Below, piece after piece: positions 19,801-27,923 of a DNA stretch of 46,965 nucleotides. The stretch comes from an uncultured Acidimicrobiales bacterium (GTDB lineage Bacteria > Actinomycetota > Acidimicrobiia > Acidimicrobiales > SHLQ01), in NCBI GenBank assembly GCA_938040365.1, contig CALHXU010000205.1, positions 1-46,965 on the forward strand. Reading direction: 5' to 3'. Under the pieces are notes generated by a model. The model had not been told where the DNA came from. It did no database searches and saw only the letters and a program-made list of their open reading frames with translations. The position numbers were made by a program, and so were the translations under genes. Every line of letters starts with the position of its first letter. Position 1 is the stretch's first letter.

Positions 19801-21837
19801 GCCGAGCATGCGCACGAGGAGTTCGAGATGTGACGGCGTTGCCTTCACCAGGGTTGCGAGGCCTTGGTCGACAATCTCGCCAAGCGCGGCCAATCCGCCC
19901 TCGGGGTGGATGGTCATCAGGCCACCAGAGAGCAGCGGCAGGTACAGCGTGGTGATCGTGAGATCGAACGACAGCGACGTAAAGAGTGGCATCGTTGGCG
20001 ACTCACGGTCGATGTACGTCGAGTACGCAAAGCCGAGATATTCGCCCAGCCCTTCGTGGGTAATCGGCACGCCCTTTGGCATACCGGTCGATCCCGATGT
20101 GTAGATCACATAGGCGAGGTCGCTTGGCCTTTGCACGAACGCGGCCGGTTCGGCATCGACCACCGGGAGCGAGTCGATGTCGCTGCGAGCCGAGACAACG
20201 AGCTTTGCGTGTGAGTCGGTGCGAATGTGCTCGCGACGAGCTTCGGGGTAAGTCGGATCGATCGGCACAAACGCAGCACCCGCACGTTGAATGCCGTGAA
20301 TGATGCACACCGCCTCATGGGAGATGCCCATCTCGACACCGATGAGGTCACCGGGTCCGTAACCAGCGCGCCGAAGATGCGTTGAGATTGCCTCGATCTC
20401 CTCATCGACTTCACGAGCGGTGAGCGTCTCGCCATCAGCGGTTCGGATCGCTGGCCGATCACCATGCATCATCAATCGCTGGCTGACAACACTCGGTACC
20501 GCACCATCGATTGGCGTCCCACCACCGGGGTGAGTGAACGGTTCTAAGAGCAGTCGTTCGTCGTCGTCGAGCAGTGAAATCGACTGCACCAAACGGTTGG
20601 GATCATCGAGCATGGCATCGAATACCGCAGCGATGTGATGACGAGCGCGCTGTCGATGACCAGAATTGCCGGCCGCATGATTGATGTCGACGCCGAGTTC
20701 GATAACACCGGTGTCGTCATAGTCGAGCGCCTGGATTCGAAGCAGGTGGTGTTTGTCGACATGGCCCGGGTGAATCCACGACGTCGTTGCATCGATGGTG
20801 CCAAAGCTGCCCATTCGTGCGCCCTGTACGTTCAGCACGATGTCGAACGACTGACGCGGGCTCGTCCCAGGTAGCGCATTGCTGAGCAGCGTGAAGAAGG
20901 ACCGGGCGATCTTCTTGTGGAGCGTCGCAAACGAATCGTCGTCAGCGACCTCGATCCGCAATGGGAACAGCTCGACCAGCGGCCCAATGACAGCTTTCGA
21001 AGCTTTGGTCGACCGGTGATGGATCGGTACGCCAATCGTGACCGTGTCGTTGCCGAGCCGAGCGAGATAGCTCGCCGTCATCAGCGCTAGCCCTGCTGCC
21101 CGGCTGAGTTCGGGGCTGAGCAGTTTGAACCGAGGATCATCGACGAATGCGTCGAACTTGTCTTGCCGACCGGCCGACATGTCGATGTAGACGCGCTCAG
21201 CGGCCGACGTTGCTTCACCCGCGGTGTAGAGCTGTGTGGCTTGCGGCTCGGGTTGTATTTCCCAATAGTCGCGAGCTGAGGTCAACCGCTTCGGGTTCAC
21301 CCCCGCAATGAGATCTGACCACACCTGCTCGTAGCTGTCGAGCGCTACTGAACGACCTTCGTATTCACTCGCGACTGCGTTGAATAGGTTCGCTGAACTA
21401 CTGGCATCGATCACGAGGTGGTGCACGTTCATGAACCACGCCCAGTCGTCATTACCAAGATCGATGAGCACCGATTCATAGCTCGACTTCGCAACGTCGA
21501 GCGGTTGGGCAATTCGCTCTGCCACCCACGCGTCGAGGTCGTTCGGGTCAACCCGAGTGACAGCACATGGTGCCGGCGGCGCCGCCGAAATCGTCGGGTG
21601 CGGCACACCGTCAACATCGCGCACCAGCGTGCGCAGACAGTCGCTTTGTGAGACGACGGTATCGACCGCAGTAAGGAACTTCGCCGGATCGATAGGCGAA
21701 CCGAAGCGAGTCAGCAGCGCCATGTTTTGGTGTGGCGACGTTGGTTGTAGACGCTGCGAAGTCCAGATCAGCTCTTGGCTCGGTGAAAGCGTGCGTCGAG
21801 GTTGTAGCTGAACCGATTGCGACATGTGTTCACGCAC
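13867..21837 (-). CDS. Bimodular NRPS C-A(Asn, interrupted by PP-loop/AMDH-like domain)-T-C-A(His-like)-T-TE
   Basis: HHLVIDA and HHIVSDA (C); YTSGSTG/FTSGSTG, NEYGPTE, TGDL, NGKV/LD (A x2); FFALGGTSL and FFELGGDSL (T); GWSTGG (TE); SGGKDS insert; ATG 21825 is an alternative start. Confidence 0.95.
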   Translation of the reverse strand: MREHMSQSVQLQPRRTLSPSQELIWTSQRLQPTSPHQNMALLTRFGSPIDPAKFLTAVDTVVSQSDCLRTLVRDVDGVPHPTISAAPPAPCAVTRVDPNDLDAWVAERIAQPLDVAKSSYESVLIDLGNDDWAWFMNVHHLVIDASSSANLFNAVASEYEGRSVALDSYEQVWSDLIAGVNPKRLTSARDYWEIQPEPQATQLYTAGEATSAAERVYIDMSAGRQDKFDAFVDDPRFKLLSPELSRAAGLALMTASYLARLGNDTVTIGVPIHHRSTKASKAVIGPLVELFPLRIEVADDDSFATLHKKIARSFFTLLSNALPGTSPRQSFDIVLNVQGARMGSFGTIDATTSWIHPGHVDKHHLLRIQALDYDDTGVIELGVDINHAAGNSGHRQRARHHIAAVFDAMLDDPNRLVQSISLLDDDERLLLEPFTHPGGGTPIDGAVPSVVSQRLMMHGDRPAIRTADGETLTAREVDEEIEAISTHLRRAGYGPGDLIGVEMGISHEAVCIIHGIQRAGAAFVPIDPTYPEARREHIRTDSHAKLVVSARSDIDSLPVVDAEPAAFVQRPSDLAYVIYTSGSTGMPKGVPITHEGLGEYLGFAYSTYIDRESPTMPLFTSLSFDLTITTLYLPLLSGGLMTIHPEGGLAALGEIVDQGLATLVKATPSHLELLVRMLGERNKLEGLSGLIVGGEAFMVDLADRLLEQCGPSLRIYNEYGPTEAVVGCMVHLYDPEHDNGPEVPIGRPAPGVGLHILDRFGYPVPLGVPGELHISRPGMTAGYLGRDDLSVERLAVIPESGSADVLYKTGDLTRMADANKMVYLGRVDEQIKVGGIRLEPGEIEFVAQSVPGVARAVTRLWTPTAKPAVEHCVRCGLPSDVPDVVIDGDGVCSSCHQFELVAPQAEAWFRNEDDLAEVLADARARSTGDYDVIHLISGGKDSTYAMYKLVEMGARVFAITLDNGFIAEVAKANVRRATEALGVDHEFVTVEGMNDIFRDSLERFSNVCNGCYKAIYTIALAKAEELGIGAIVTGLSRGQFFETRLVPEMFGEDRFDPDAIDEMVRQARHVYHTTPDAVSENMDVEFLADPEIFDRITFIDIYRYVDVPLSEMYAALEASNTWQRPPDSGRSTNCLINSAGIFVHKMEQQHHNYAAPYSWDVRLGHKTREEALFELDDPMDDEELAAITSMLAEVGYEPKKPEVLTLWVEASADFDAALVEAALANELPSHAIPRAIEVVPEIPLTANGKVDSAALPAPSIWRTVATRTGRSVAGTVEKDIASVWSSVLGLPEVGAVDDFFALGGTSLHALEMIVRISDHFGIIIPESLAFKERTVSDLARYVEERLAELDHGATNTSSAPDFAIPTLGSDVAAPLSAGEAAMLYEWRRDPTDPRYNVARLYELPDTFDRDRLDAALRAVVAHQPTLHTSYGIDRAQLDVDDALRIGDFESTVAPLTALAEQLNDVPFDLVHGPLITAHFLSGASPEGPVRRGLLLRTHHIVSDAGSLDIFWEQLDLAYGGEPLPPLAITYAEHGAWQASRPTRPEELWAPGAPLSNLRVRTEAPEADGYLHREASVTTSQLRQAPAPTLFGNALAALAAGLRSFHEGPNIELNVTSSVRDHPLIKDVVGYFLNPLPLLLPVERHTSLRELALRTGNELSTALEHRAVPFGEVISSARERGVEPPSGRVMLAVEDLAPSKLDGEVVDHTILASGTAVNDLTFFVQLRAERVELGVEYRGSVVSRAQAKLLLDAFSAALDMVATQPDSTVADLYSAPAPLAGVPLVGSEQPVAGLIAASIENGQDAKAVSSGGTSISYRDLDERARVIAARLRAIGVGSNDRVALCLERSVDLIPAIYATWMIGASYVPIDISQPASRLTALISAAGVQAAVSSGAGHPGLSEVPTVLVDVPDPRILPLVQTDFAGPDDEAYVIFTSGSTGRPKGVSISHRNLEASVRARRQWYDRPVARYLLVSSAAFDSSIAGLFWTLADGGELIIPSEREVHDIDALTELISDHDITHGLMVPSVYAAMLQRDPGALTGLDVVIVAGEACPPSIIDTHFTALPGTQLINEYGPTEATVWATVHRCTPRDGERFSVPIGTPIPGMTVEVIDTTGTPAPIDVAGELRLSGPGISNGYISTEDNDESECFGSIDGDLTYLTGDLVVRRGSGSIDFLGRIDDQLSVGGVRLEPSEVEVAFTNLDGVEACLVAATDRGLIAYIEPMRGAEERLDTAELRRRAAMVLPASHLPRQIRIVRELPRNTNGKLDRNALDTAALDSPITSVASMAPAHASIALVDSADDDQVVQKIVEIFSAAFDGEQVTSTSDFFELGGDSLRAVAVVSMLEAEFGKRVAIGELIDAPTPQLLANQRFGVGTSRPADSPLPAVPSRPDTDELVEWLRATGTQRPLVVLPPGGGNLLRYAPLVRSLSSDIPVVGLRLPGADARSEIVDSIEGQAAVMLDALDTAVPNGPYRLLGWSTGGLLAWEIARLLTARGDQVEAVVLVDTVMAGLRVDDTGTIREKYQDMLRNDGAKAVASESARRAYERVDFALARRRYRNARASGQTPSFTDAERQLGPVIRRAAAKYRPDEQSIRVIYVSASESSNAVTVDPWRELHGDVNFEVVTIEGVHFLPEDQCIIGFERAPELVERLTEVMDL
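18245..19240 (-). other. Inserted adenine-nucleotide alpha-hydrolase (PP-loop) domain within A1, AlbIV/CysH AMDH-like
   Basis: Lies between A8 (GRVDEQIKVGGIRLEPGEIE) and A9 (LPSHAIP); CVRC..CSSC, SGGKDS (19012-19029), TLDNGF, CNGC, STNC; boundaries approximate. Confidence 0.8.
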
Positions 21838-22075
21838 TCATTTGGAGGTCGAGGTATGCCGACATCTTGGCGACGGTCTGGAAGTTTTCGAGCGTCACAT
21901 CGCCGGGATCGACATCGACTCCGGTCGTCTCTTCGATCCAGTGCGTAATTCGGATCACCCCGAGGCTGTCGACCGCGCCGGTAAGGAGCAGATCGGTCTC
22001 AGCATCGATGGTGATGTCGTCGATGACGATCTCGTCCTGAATGAACTTGGTGAGTGCTTCAATGTGGGGGTTCAT
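21830..22075 (-). CDS. Stand-alone peptidyl/aminoacyl carrier protein (PltL/RedO-like)
   Basis: 81 aa, acidic, LTGAVDSLG phosphopantetheine Ser motif, ENFQTV tail; ATGA-coupled to upstream A domain gene. Confidence 0.9.
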   Translation of the reverse strand: MNPHIEALTKFIQDEIVIDDITIDAETDLLLTGAVDSLGVIRITHWIEETTGVDVDPGDVTLENFQTVAKMSAYLDLQMSA

Positions 22076-23712
22076 AACACTTCTCTCGCTAATTCGGTCG
22101 CCATCTGCGCTGCGGTTTCACGCAGTGCACGACGGTCGAGCTTGCCGCTGCCGGTAAAGACCGCGGCGGAAATAAGGACCGTACGAGTTGGTACGGCATA
22201 GGTAGGCACGATGGATGCAGCCGCAGCGACGAAGTGCTCACCGTCAAAGTTCGGTTGAGCACCCAAGATCCCGGCGATGATCTCGTCTTCACCCGATTCG
22301 GAGCGCATCACCGACACGACGACGCTCTCGGCTATCCCGTCAGCCTGCACGAGCGTTTCGAGGTCGGCTTCGATTCCTTCGATCTCGATCCGGAAACCTC
22401 GGACTTTGATCTGATGATCGACCCGGCCATGAAAGGAAAGTTCTCCGTCGGCTGATTCCGATACGAGGTCGCCCGTGCGATAGAAGCGTTCCCCGTCCAC
22501 CGATTGGATCACCTGTTCGTTGAGGGCTTCTCGGTTCCAGTAGCCGGCCATGAGCTGGGGAGTCGCAACCCAGAGTTCGCCGACTTCACCGCCGGGGACA
22601 AGGTTCTGACCCTCAGGCGAATCGGCGCTCGGGTCGACCAGTCGCACCTCGGTCTTGTCGACCGGAGTCCCAATCGAGAGTTGACCAACGCCACTTGGCG
22701 GGCTGTCAAAGATCGCCGTCGTGCAATGGTTCACCTCCGCCGGACCAAAGATGTTCGCAAAGCGAGCGTTCGTGCAGTGCGACATCATGGTTGCGATAAT
22801 TCCGGGCGGAATGACCTCACCACCGAAATGGACCCAACGAAGGGCATCGAGATTGCGGTTGTCCAGATCGCCCCGGAGCACGAGCTGTTGGAGAAGGAAG
22901 GGTACCGAGTACCAGATCGTCGCAGCTTGGTCTTCGAGCAGTTGGCTATGGCTTGCAGGGAGTCGTTGGTACGCCTCATTGATGACGATGTTGGTGGCTC
23001 CCGCAAGTGGCGTAGCCCACAGTGAAAAGGTCGAAATGTCGAAATGATGTGGCGAGATATCGGTGACGCGATCGGTCGAGTTGACACCGAATTGTGCGAC
23101 GGTCATATCACCGTAAGCACGACCGCTTTGATGGGTGTGGGCAATTCCCTTGGGTTCACCCGTGGAGCCTGACGTCGTCACGATGTAGGCGAGCGAATCG
23201 GGCGACACTGCGACTGGTGCTTCGGGGTCGAGCGCGTCGATGTCCTCAACGCTCATGACATCGACGGATTGATTTTCCTGGTCGAACACCTCGGGGGCAA
23301 TGCCGAGAATTGCTCGAAGTGGGAGCGCCTCGTGAAGTGCTCGAACGCTCTTCAGTCGAGGTTTGTGGGTGATCACGACCGCGATGTCCATCTCGTTGCA
23401 GATTCGAGCCAAACGACGTGTGGGCGATGCCGGATCGAGCGGCACCGTCACGGCGCCTGCCGAGACGACTGCGTGCATCGCAATGAAGCCCTCCGCGCAC
23501 TTGTTGAAGTGCACCCCGACCCGGTCGCCAGGCTTCACGCCAACGAGGCGAAGGGCCGCCGAATACCTTTCGATGCTCGTAGCTGCCTCTTCGTAGGTCC
23601 ACGTGCGCGCAACATCGACGATCGCCTCAGATGTTGCAACTCGACTCGCTTGCTCGCTCACGACGCCGCTTAGGCCCACAAATTCCCTCCATGCAAAACT
23701 TGTAGTTTGCAT
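22072..23712 (-). CDS. Stand-alone amino acid adenylation enzyme (PltF/RedM-like proline--carrier protein ligase family)
   Basis: TTSGSTGEPKG, HFDIS, IWYSVP, FGPAE, YRTGDL, GRVDHQIKVRGFRIE, SGKLDR. Confidence 0.85.
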   Translation of the reverse strand: MQTTSFAWREFVGLSGVVSEQASRVATSEAIVDVARTWTYEEAATSIERYSAALRLVGVKPGDRVGVHFNKCAEGFIAMHAVVSAGAVTVPLDPASPTRRLARICNEMDIAVVITHKPRLKSVRALHEALPLRAILGIAPEVFDQENQSVDVMSVEDIDALDPEAPVAVSPDSLAYIVTTSGSTGEPKGIAHTHQSGRAYGDMTVAQFGVNSTDRVTDISPHHFDISTFSLWATPLAGATNIVINEAYQRLPASHSQLLEDQAATIWYSVPFLLQQLVLRGDLDNRNLDALRWVHFGGEVIPPGIIATMMSHCTNARFANIFGPAEVNHCTTAIFDSPPSGVGQLSIGTPVDKTEVRLVDPSADSPEGQNLVPGGEVGELWVATPQLMAGYWNREALNEQVIQSVDGERFYRTGDLVSESADGELSFHGRVDHQIKVRGFRIEIEGIEADLETLVQADGIAESVVVSVMRSESGEDEIIAGILGAQPNFDGEHFVAAAASIVPTYAVPTRTVLISAAVFTGSGKLDRRALRETAAQMATELAREVL

Positions 23713-23929
23713 CCCTCAGCGTCCCACGCTGCGTAGTAATCGCACATAGTCCATTCAGCCCCGCTCACTGCGAAATGTCCGCAGGTCAATTCGCCGAAAT
23801 CAGGGTGGGGCCAAATGGACGATATGACGTGGTGAAATGGTGCGACAAGATAGTTGCAGATGCAAGTGCAAGAGTGTGTCAGACATGGAGAGGGATGCGA
23901 GGGCGCCCCGTGGCCGGGATAAGTAGTCG

Positions 23930-25126
23930 ATGAACAACGACGAGACTGTGGGATCATCGGACCACATCGAAGTTCTTGACGCGCTCCTCGATAACGAGCA
24001 CCCCACGAAAGTGGCGGTAGCCGACTGGGCCCGAACTGCGCTTGACGATCCAAAGCTCGAACAGCGTGACCTCGAGTGCACCTTTTGGGTGGAGGGGTGG
24101 CAAGCCATTGCGGAACGTGGGCTACTCGCCTCTTTGATCGCCGAGGAGTACGGCGGGCGCGGTAACTCGTTGACGACCACCCTTCTCCAACTCGAAGGCC
24201 TCGGACATGGCTGCCGCGATGACGGCCTCGTGCTCGCAACCACCGCACAGGTCCTCACACTGAGCCTTGCCATCGAACGCTTCGCAAGCGAAGACCAAAA
24301 GCGTGAGTGGCTGCCGAAGCTCGCTCGCGGCTCGGCGATCGGCTCTTTTGCCATGTCGGAAGCAACGTCGGGCTCCGATGCCTACTCGCTCACAACCACC
24401 GCAACCAAAACCGCAGACGGCTACGTCCTGAACGGTGAGAAGGCGTGGGTGACACTCGCTCCGGTCGCCGATATGTTCCTCATCTTTGCCTCCACCAACC
24501 CCGACGTTGGCCGCTGGGGCATTAGCGCATTCCTTGTACCCCGAGACACGCCCGGCCTCATCATTGGTGAGAACCGACCCAAGATGGGCCTGCGAACCAC
24601 ACCGTTCGCGAACATCACATTCGATGATTGCGTTATCCCCGACTCGGCGTTGATCGGTGCCGAAGGTTCGGGTGCAAGCATCTTTTCGGCGTCGATGGAG
24701 GCCGAACGCGGCTTCCTTCTCGTCGGTACGATCGGTGCGCTCGAGCGCGTTCTCGACGACGCCGTCACCTACGGCCGAGAACGCAAGCAGTTCGACCAGC
24801 CAATCGGAGCCTTTCAGGGCGTCTCGCACCCAATCGCAGGGATCAAGCTCGGCCACGAATCATCGCGGCTCCTCATGTACAAAGCAGCAGCGCTCCAACA
24901 GCGGGGCACTCCATCGATGATGGCAGCGGCGCTCAGCAAACTCGCCGGCAGCGAAGCCGCACTTTCAGGGGCGCTCACTGCCCTCGAAGTACACGGCGCT
25001 CGCGGTTATGTCACCGAGTACGGCGTTGAACGCGACCTAAGAAATCTCAGCGGCGGCGTCATCTACGGCGGCGCCTCAGCAATCCAAAAAAACATCATCG
25101 CCCGACTCTTAGGCCTTCCGGCCTAA
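23930..25126 (+). CDS. Acyl-CoA dehydrogenase family, L-prolyl-PCP dehydrogenase (PltE/RedW/CloN3)-like
   Basis: EEYGG, LEGLGHGCRDDGL, SEATSGSD, LNGEKAWVT, RKQFDQPIG, HGARGY; MCAD-type C-terminal Glu absent (IYGGAS), SMEAER helix Glu present. Confidence 0.85.
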   Translation: MNNDETVGSSDHIEVLDALLDNEHPTKVAVADWARTALDDPKLEQRDLECTFWVEGWQAIAERGLLASLIAEEYGGRGNSLTTTLLQLEGLGHGCRDDGLVLATTAQVLTLSLAIERFASEDQKREWLPKLARGSAIGSFAMSEATSGSDAYSLTTTATKTADGYVLNGEKAWVTLAPVADMFLIFASTNPDVGRWGISAFLVPRDTPGLIIGENRPKMGLRTTPFANITFDDCVIPDSALIGAEGSGASIFSASMEAERGFLLVGTIGALERVLDDAVTYGRERKQFDQPIGAFQGVSHPIAGIKLGHESSRLLMYKAAALQQRGTPSMMAAALSKLAGSEAALSGALTALEVHGARGYVTEYGVERDLRNLSGGVIYGGASAIQKNIIARLLGLPA

Positions 25127-25151
25127 TTCTCTTGAAGGCAACGAACTCGCA

Positions 25152-26555
25152 ATGCACTCTAGAAAAATCACACCACCGAAAGCATCTAAGACCATGATGA
25201 AACGTCGTTCCCCCAAAACCGTTCTCGCTTTGCTCGGCATCTTGTTGATACCCCTCTTCGGAGGACTCTTGACGGGAACCGCATCAGCTCACGATGGACA
25301 GTCCACGGTCATCTATTTCGACCTGTTCCCCGATGGCACCGCCCAGGGTCAGATCGAACATCCCATCACGCTGCTCAATGAAGAGTTTGCGACCGGGCTG
25401 GACCAAGACGCTGCGACCGAAAACGACATTGCGGCGATCGAACCGCTGATTCGTGCATACAACGAGCAGAACCTGACCGTCACCTCCCCCGACGGCCAAC
25501 CGTGGGACATCACCTTCACCGGCGAGGTCGAGCCGATTGAGACCGAAACCCAGATCTACGCCGCCTTCAAGTTCGACGTCGAGAATGTCTTCGAAAGCGC
25601 ACCTCGCGTCTTCGACGTCACCTTCGACGGCATCTTCGATAACGGCACCCATTTTGCGTTCGTTGTGATGCGCACTGATCCCGTGACCGGCGTCTTCTTG
25701 AACGAGGGCGACGCCGTGCCGGGCATCGTCACCGATGACTCACCAAACCTTGGGGTCAACCTCGACGATCCAAACACGCTGAAGGCCTTCACCGGCACCG
25801 TCGCCCTTGGTATGGAGCACATCTTCATCGGAACCGACCACATCCTGTTCGTGCTCGTTCTGCTTCTTCCTGCGGTCATGATGTTCTCGCTCGCCGATGG
25901 TTGGGCACCAGTGCCGACGTTCCGAAGTGGACTGTGGCGCGTCCTCAAGATCGCAACCGCCTTCACACTCGCCCACTCGATCACCCTCACGTTGGGAGGT
26001 CTCGACATTGTCCAGCTACCGAGCAAATTCGTCGAGACGGTCATTGCGCTATCGATCGTTGCGACGGCCTTCCACAACCTGAAACCCATCTTCGCAAACC
26101 GCGAATCTTCGATCGCATTTCTTTTCGGTATCTTCCACGGCTTCGGATTTGCGGGCTTGCTGAGCGACCTTGGCGTCGGTAACGGGCAGCGAGTGCTGTC
26201 GCTCCTCGGCTTTAACGTCGGCGTCGAGATCGGCCAAGCGTTCATCATCTTGCTGCTCTTCCCTGCACTCTTCTTGCTGCGCCGCACGACGATTTATGTG
26301 CCGTTCCTCCGGGTTGGCTCGATTGCACTTGCGGTCGTTGCGACGATCTGGGCGATCGAACGCATCTTTGAAACCTCGCTCGGTATCGACACCGTGTTGG
26401 AGAAGTTCACCAGGGCACCTCGCGTGTTCTTCCTCGTGGCGATAGTGACCCTCTTCGCGGCTGCGATCTACAAGATCCAAGACCAGCAGGGGACGCTCGC
26501 TCCAGTTTCAGACGACACCGAGGCAACCCGAGCACCGGACCTCGTCGACGCCTAG
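25152..26555 (+). CDS. HupE/UreJ family membrane protein with N-terminal extracytoplasmic domain
   Basis: Signal peptide ending ASA-H; GMEHIFIGTDHILF, TAFTLAHSITL, FHGFGFA, FNVGVEIGQ; start may be ATG 25194. Confidence 0.88.
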   Translation: MHSRKITPPKASKTMMKRRSPKTVLALLGILLIPLFGGLLTGTASAHDGQSTVIYFDLFPDGTAQGQIEHPITLLNEEFATGLDQDAATENDIAAIEPLIRAYNEQNLTVTSPDGQPWDITFTGEVEPIETETQIYAAFKFDVENVFESAPRVFDVTFDGIFDNGTHFAFVVMRTDPVTGVFLNEGDAVPGIVTDDSPNLGVNLDDPNTLKAFTGTVALGMEHIFIGTDHILFVLVLLLPAVMMFSLADGWAPVPTFRSGLWRVLKIATAFTLAHSITLTLGGLDIVQLPSKFVETVIALSIVATAFHNLKPIFANRESSIAFLFGIFHGFGFAGLLSDLGVGNGQRVLSLLGFNVGVEIGQAFIILLLFPALFLLRRTTIYVPFLRVGSIALAVVATIWAIERIFETSLGIDTVLEKFTRAPRVFFLVAIVTLFAAAIYKIQDQQGTLAPVSDDTEATRAPDLVDA

Positions 26556-26581
26556 CCGAGCAGCCGATCGACACGGCTCCG

Positions 26582-26598
26582 AGGGCCCGAGCGGCCCG
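26582..26598 (+). repeat. Partial copy (first hairpin) of REP-like unit
   Basis: AGGGCCCGAGCGGCCCG identical to the corresponding part of the first unit at 8165; between convergent genes. Confidence 0.65.
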
Positions 26599-26602
26599 CT
26601 CC

Positions 26603-27088
26603 TTAGCGAGCCGTGCGGCGTCGGATGCCTTCGAGGGTCTTGACCATGTTTTCTTGGAGCATGGCTAAGCGGCCCTCGATGAGTTTCGCTTCTGATTCGG
26701 GGTACGTTTCGATTCGGTCGCGGAGGCCCGAGGGCCCAGGTCCATGCACAAAGCTGTAGCTCACCTCGGTGCCGTCGGGAACGCTGCGCATGTGCATTGT
26801 CCACGTGGCGGTGACGTCATCGACGTTGCCAACGACCCATGAGAACTCTTTTCCGGGTGTCGCGGTGATAACCGTCGATGTGGTTTCCCACTCGCTGTCG
26901 CCTAGTCGCTGCTGACCAGTGAACGTGGCGCCTACCGAGCCGGGTTTGCCGCTCGACCATTCGCCACGTTGGAACTCGGTTCCGAAGCTCGCCATTGCCT
27001 CGAGGTCCGATGCAACCTCATAGACACGCTCGGGCGTTGCCTTTATGACGGTCTCTACGCTGACGCTTGGGCGATCTGACATCTGCAT
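26603..27088 (-). CDS. SRPBCC (START/polyketide cyclase-like) family protein
   Basis: VETVIKATPERVYEVASD, VGATFTG, PGKEFSW, C-terminal helix TLEGIRR. Confidence 0.85.
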   Translation of the reverse strand: MQMSDRPSVSVETVIKATPERVYEVASDLEAMASFGTEFQRGEWSSGKPGSVGATFTGQQRLGDSEWETTSTVITATPGKEFSWVVGNVDDVTATWTMHMRSVPDGTEVSYSFVHGPGPSGLRDRIETYPESEAKLIEGRLAMLQENMVKTLEGIRRRTAR

Positions 27089-27188
27089 GCCGTCATCCTA
27101 AGTGTCCTGTTCGCCAATCGCGTCGAGACCAGCGTTTCGAATCGGATTGCCTTTCGAGACAGATTGCCTTTGGAGTCGGGTGGCCTGC

Positions 27189-27794
27189 TCAGGTTGGGCG
27201 CAGGGTTCGACCGGCCAAAAAAGCGTTTCGTTCGAGTTCGCAGGGTTCGTGGGCGAAGCACGTTGCATCGTGGTCGTTTGTCAGCCCCTCAGACTGCATG
27301 AACGCGTATGCGGTCGTCGGGCCGAAGAATCGCCAACCCCGTGATTTGAGGGTTTTGGCGAGCGCGGCGGACCGCTCGGTCTTCGCTGGCATCGCACCGT
27401 TTTCTCGTTCCGGCACATCGACCGCCCACGTCCAGATCCAATCGACGAGCGAACCTTCAGCTTCGCAAAGCTCGATGCATCGTTGTGCGTTGTTGATCGT
27501 CGCCTCGATCTTGCCTCGGTGACGAATGATCCCAGTATCGGTAAGGAGCCGTTCCACATCGGTCTCGTCAAAGCGTGCAACCTGCTCGAAGTCAAAGTCG
27601 CAGAAGACCTCACGGAAGCGATCTCGTTTACGAAGGATGGTGAGCCACGACAGGCCACTTTGAAAGCCTTCTAGGCAGATCTTTTCGAATAGGCGGTGCT
27701 CGTTCGTGGTCGGCCGACCCCATTCAGCGTCATGGTAGGCAAGGTAGTCGGCGTGCCCAGCAGGCCAGCCACATCGCTGTAGTGATGAGTCCAT
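27189..27794 (-). CDS. tag: DNA-3-methyladenine glycosylase I
   Basis: RCGW, YHDAEWG, LEGFQSGLSWLTILRKR, IIRHRGKI, FFGPTT.YAFMQ..G..NDH...C. Confidence 0.95.
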   Translation of the reverse strand: MDSSLQRCGWPAGHADYLAYHDAEWGRPTTNEHRLFEKICLEGFQSGLSWLTILRKRDRFREVFCDFDFEQVARFDETDVERLLTDTGIIRHRGKIEATINNAQRCIELCEAEGSLVDWIWTWAVDVPERENGAMPAKTERSAALAKTLKSRGWRFFGPTTAYAFMQSEGLTNDHDATCFAHEPCELERNAFLAGRTLRPT

Positions 27795-27923
27795 ATCGCG
27801 ACCATAGTCACCAATTCGATGCCGTCGTCAACGGAGCGCCAAGTCGCGCAGCTCGTAAGCAATTCGGATCATCTCGCCTTCCAATCCCTTCAGAAACTTG
27901 AAGAAGTTGCCGATCACAAAATT

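Noticed and set aside
21830-23712. DltA/DltC teichoic-acid D-alanylation genes
   Set aside because: No DltB/MBOAT or DltD; genes are coupled to an NRPS and adjacent to a prolyl-PCP-dehydrogenase-like gene
26603-27088. SRPBCC protein as a cyclase of the NRPS cluster
   Set aside because: Convergent to the cluster, separated by a REP fragment, has its own leaderless promoter; generic family, so membership is unsupported
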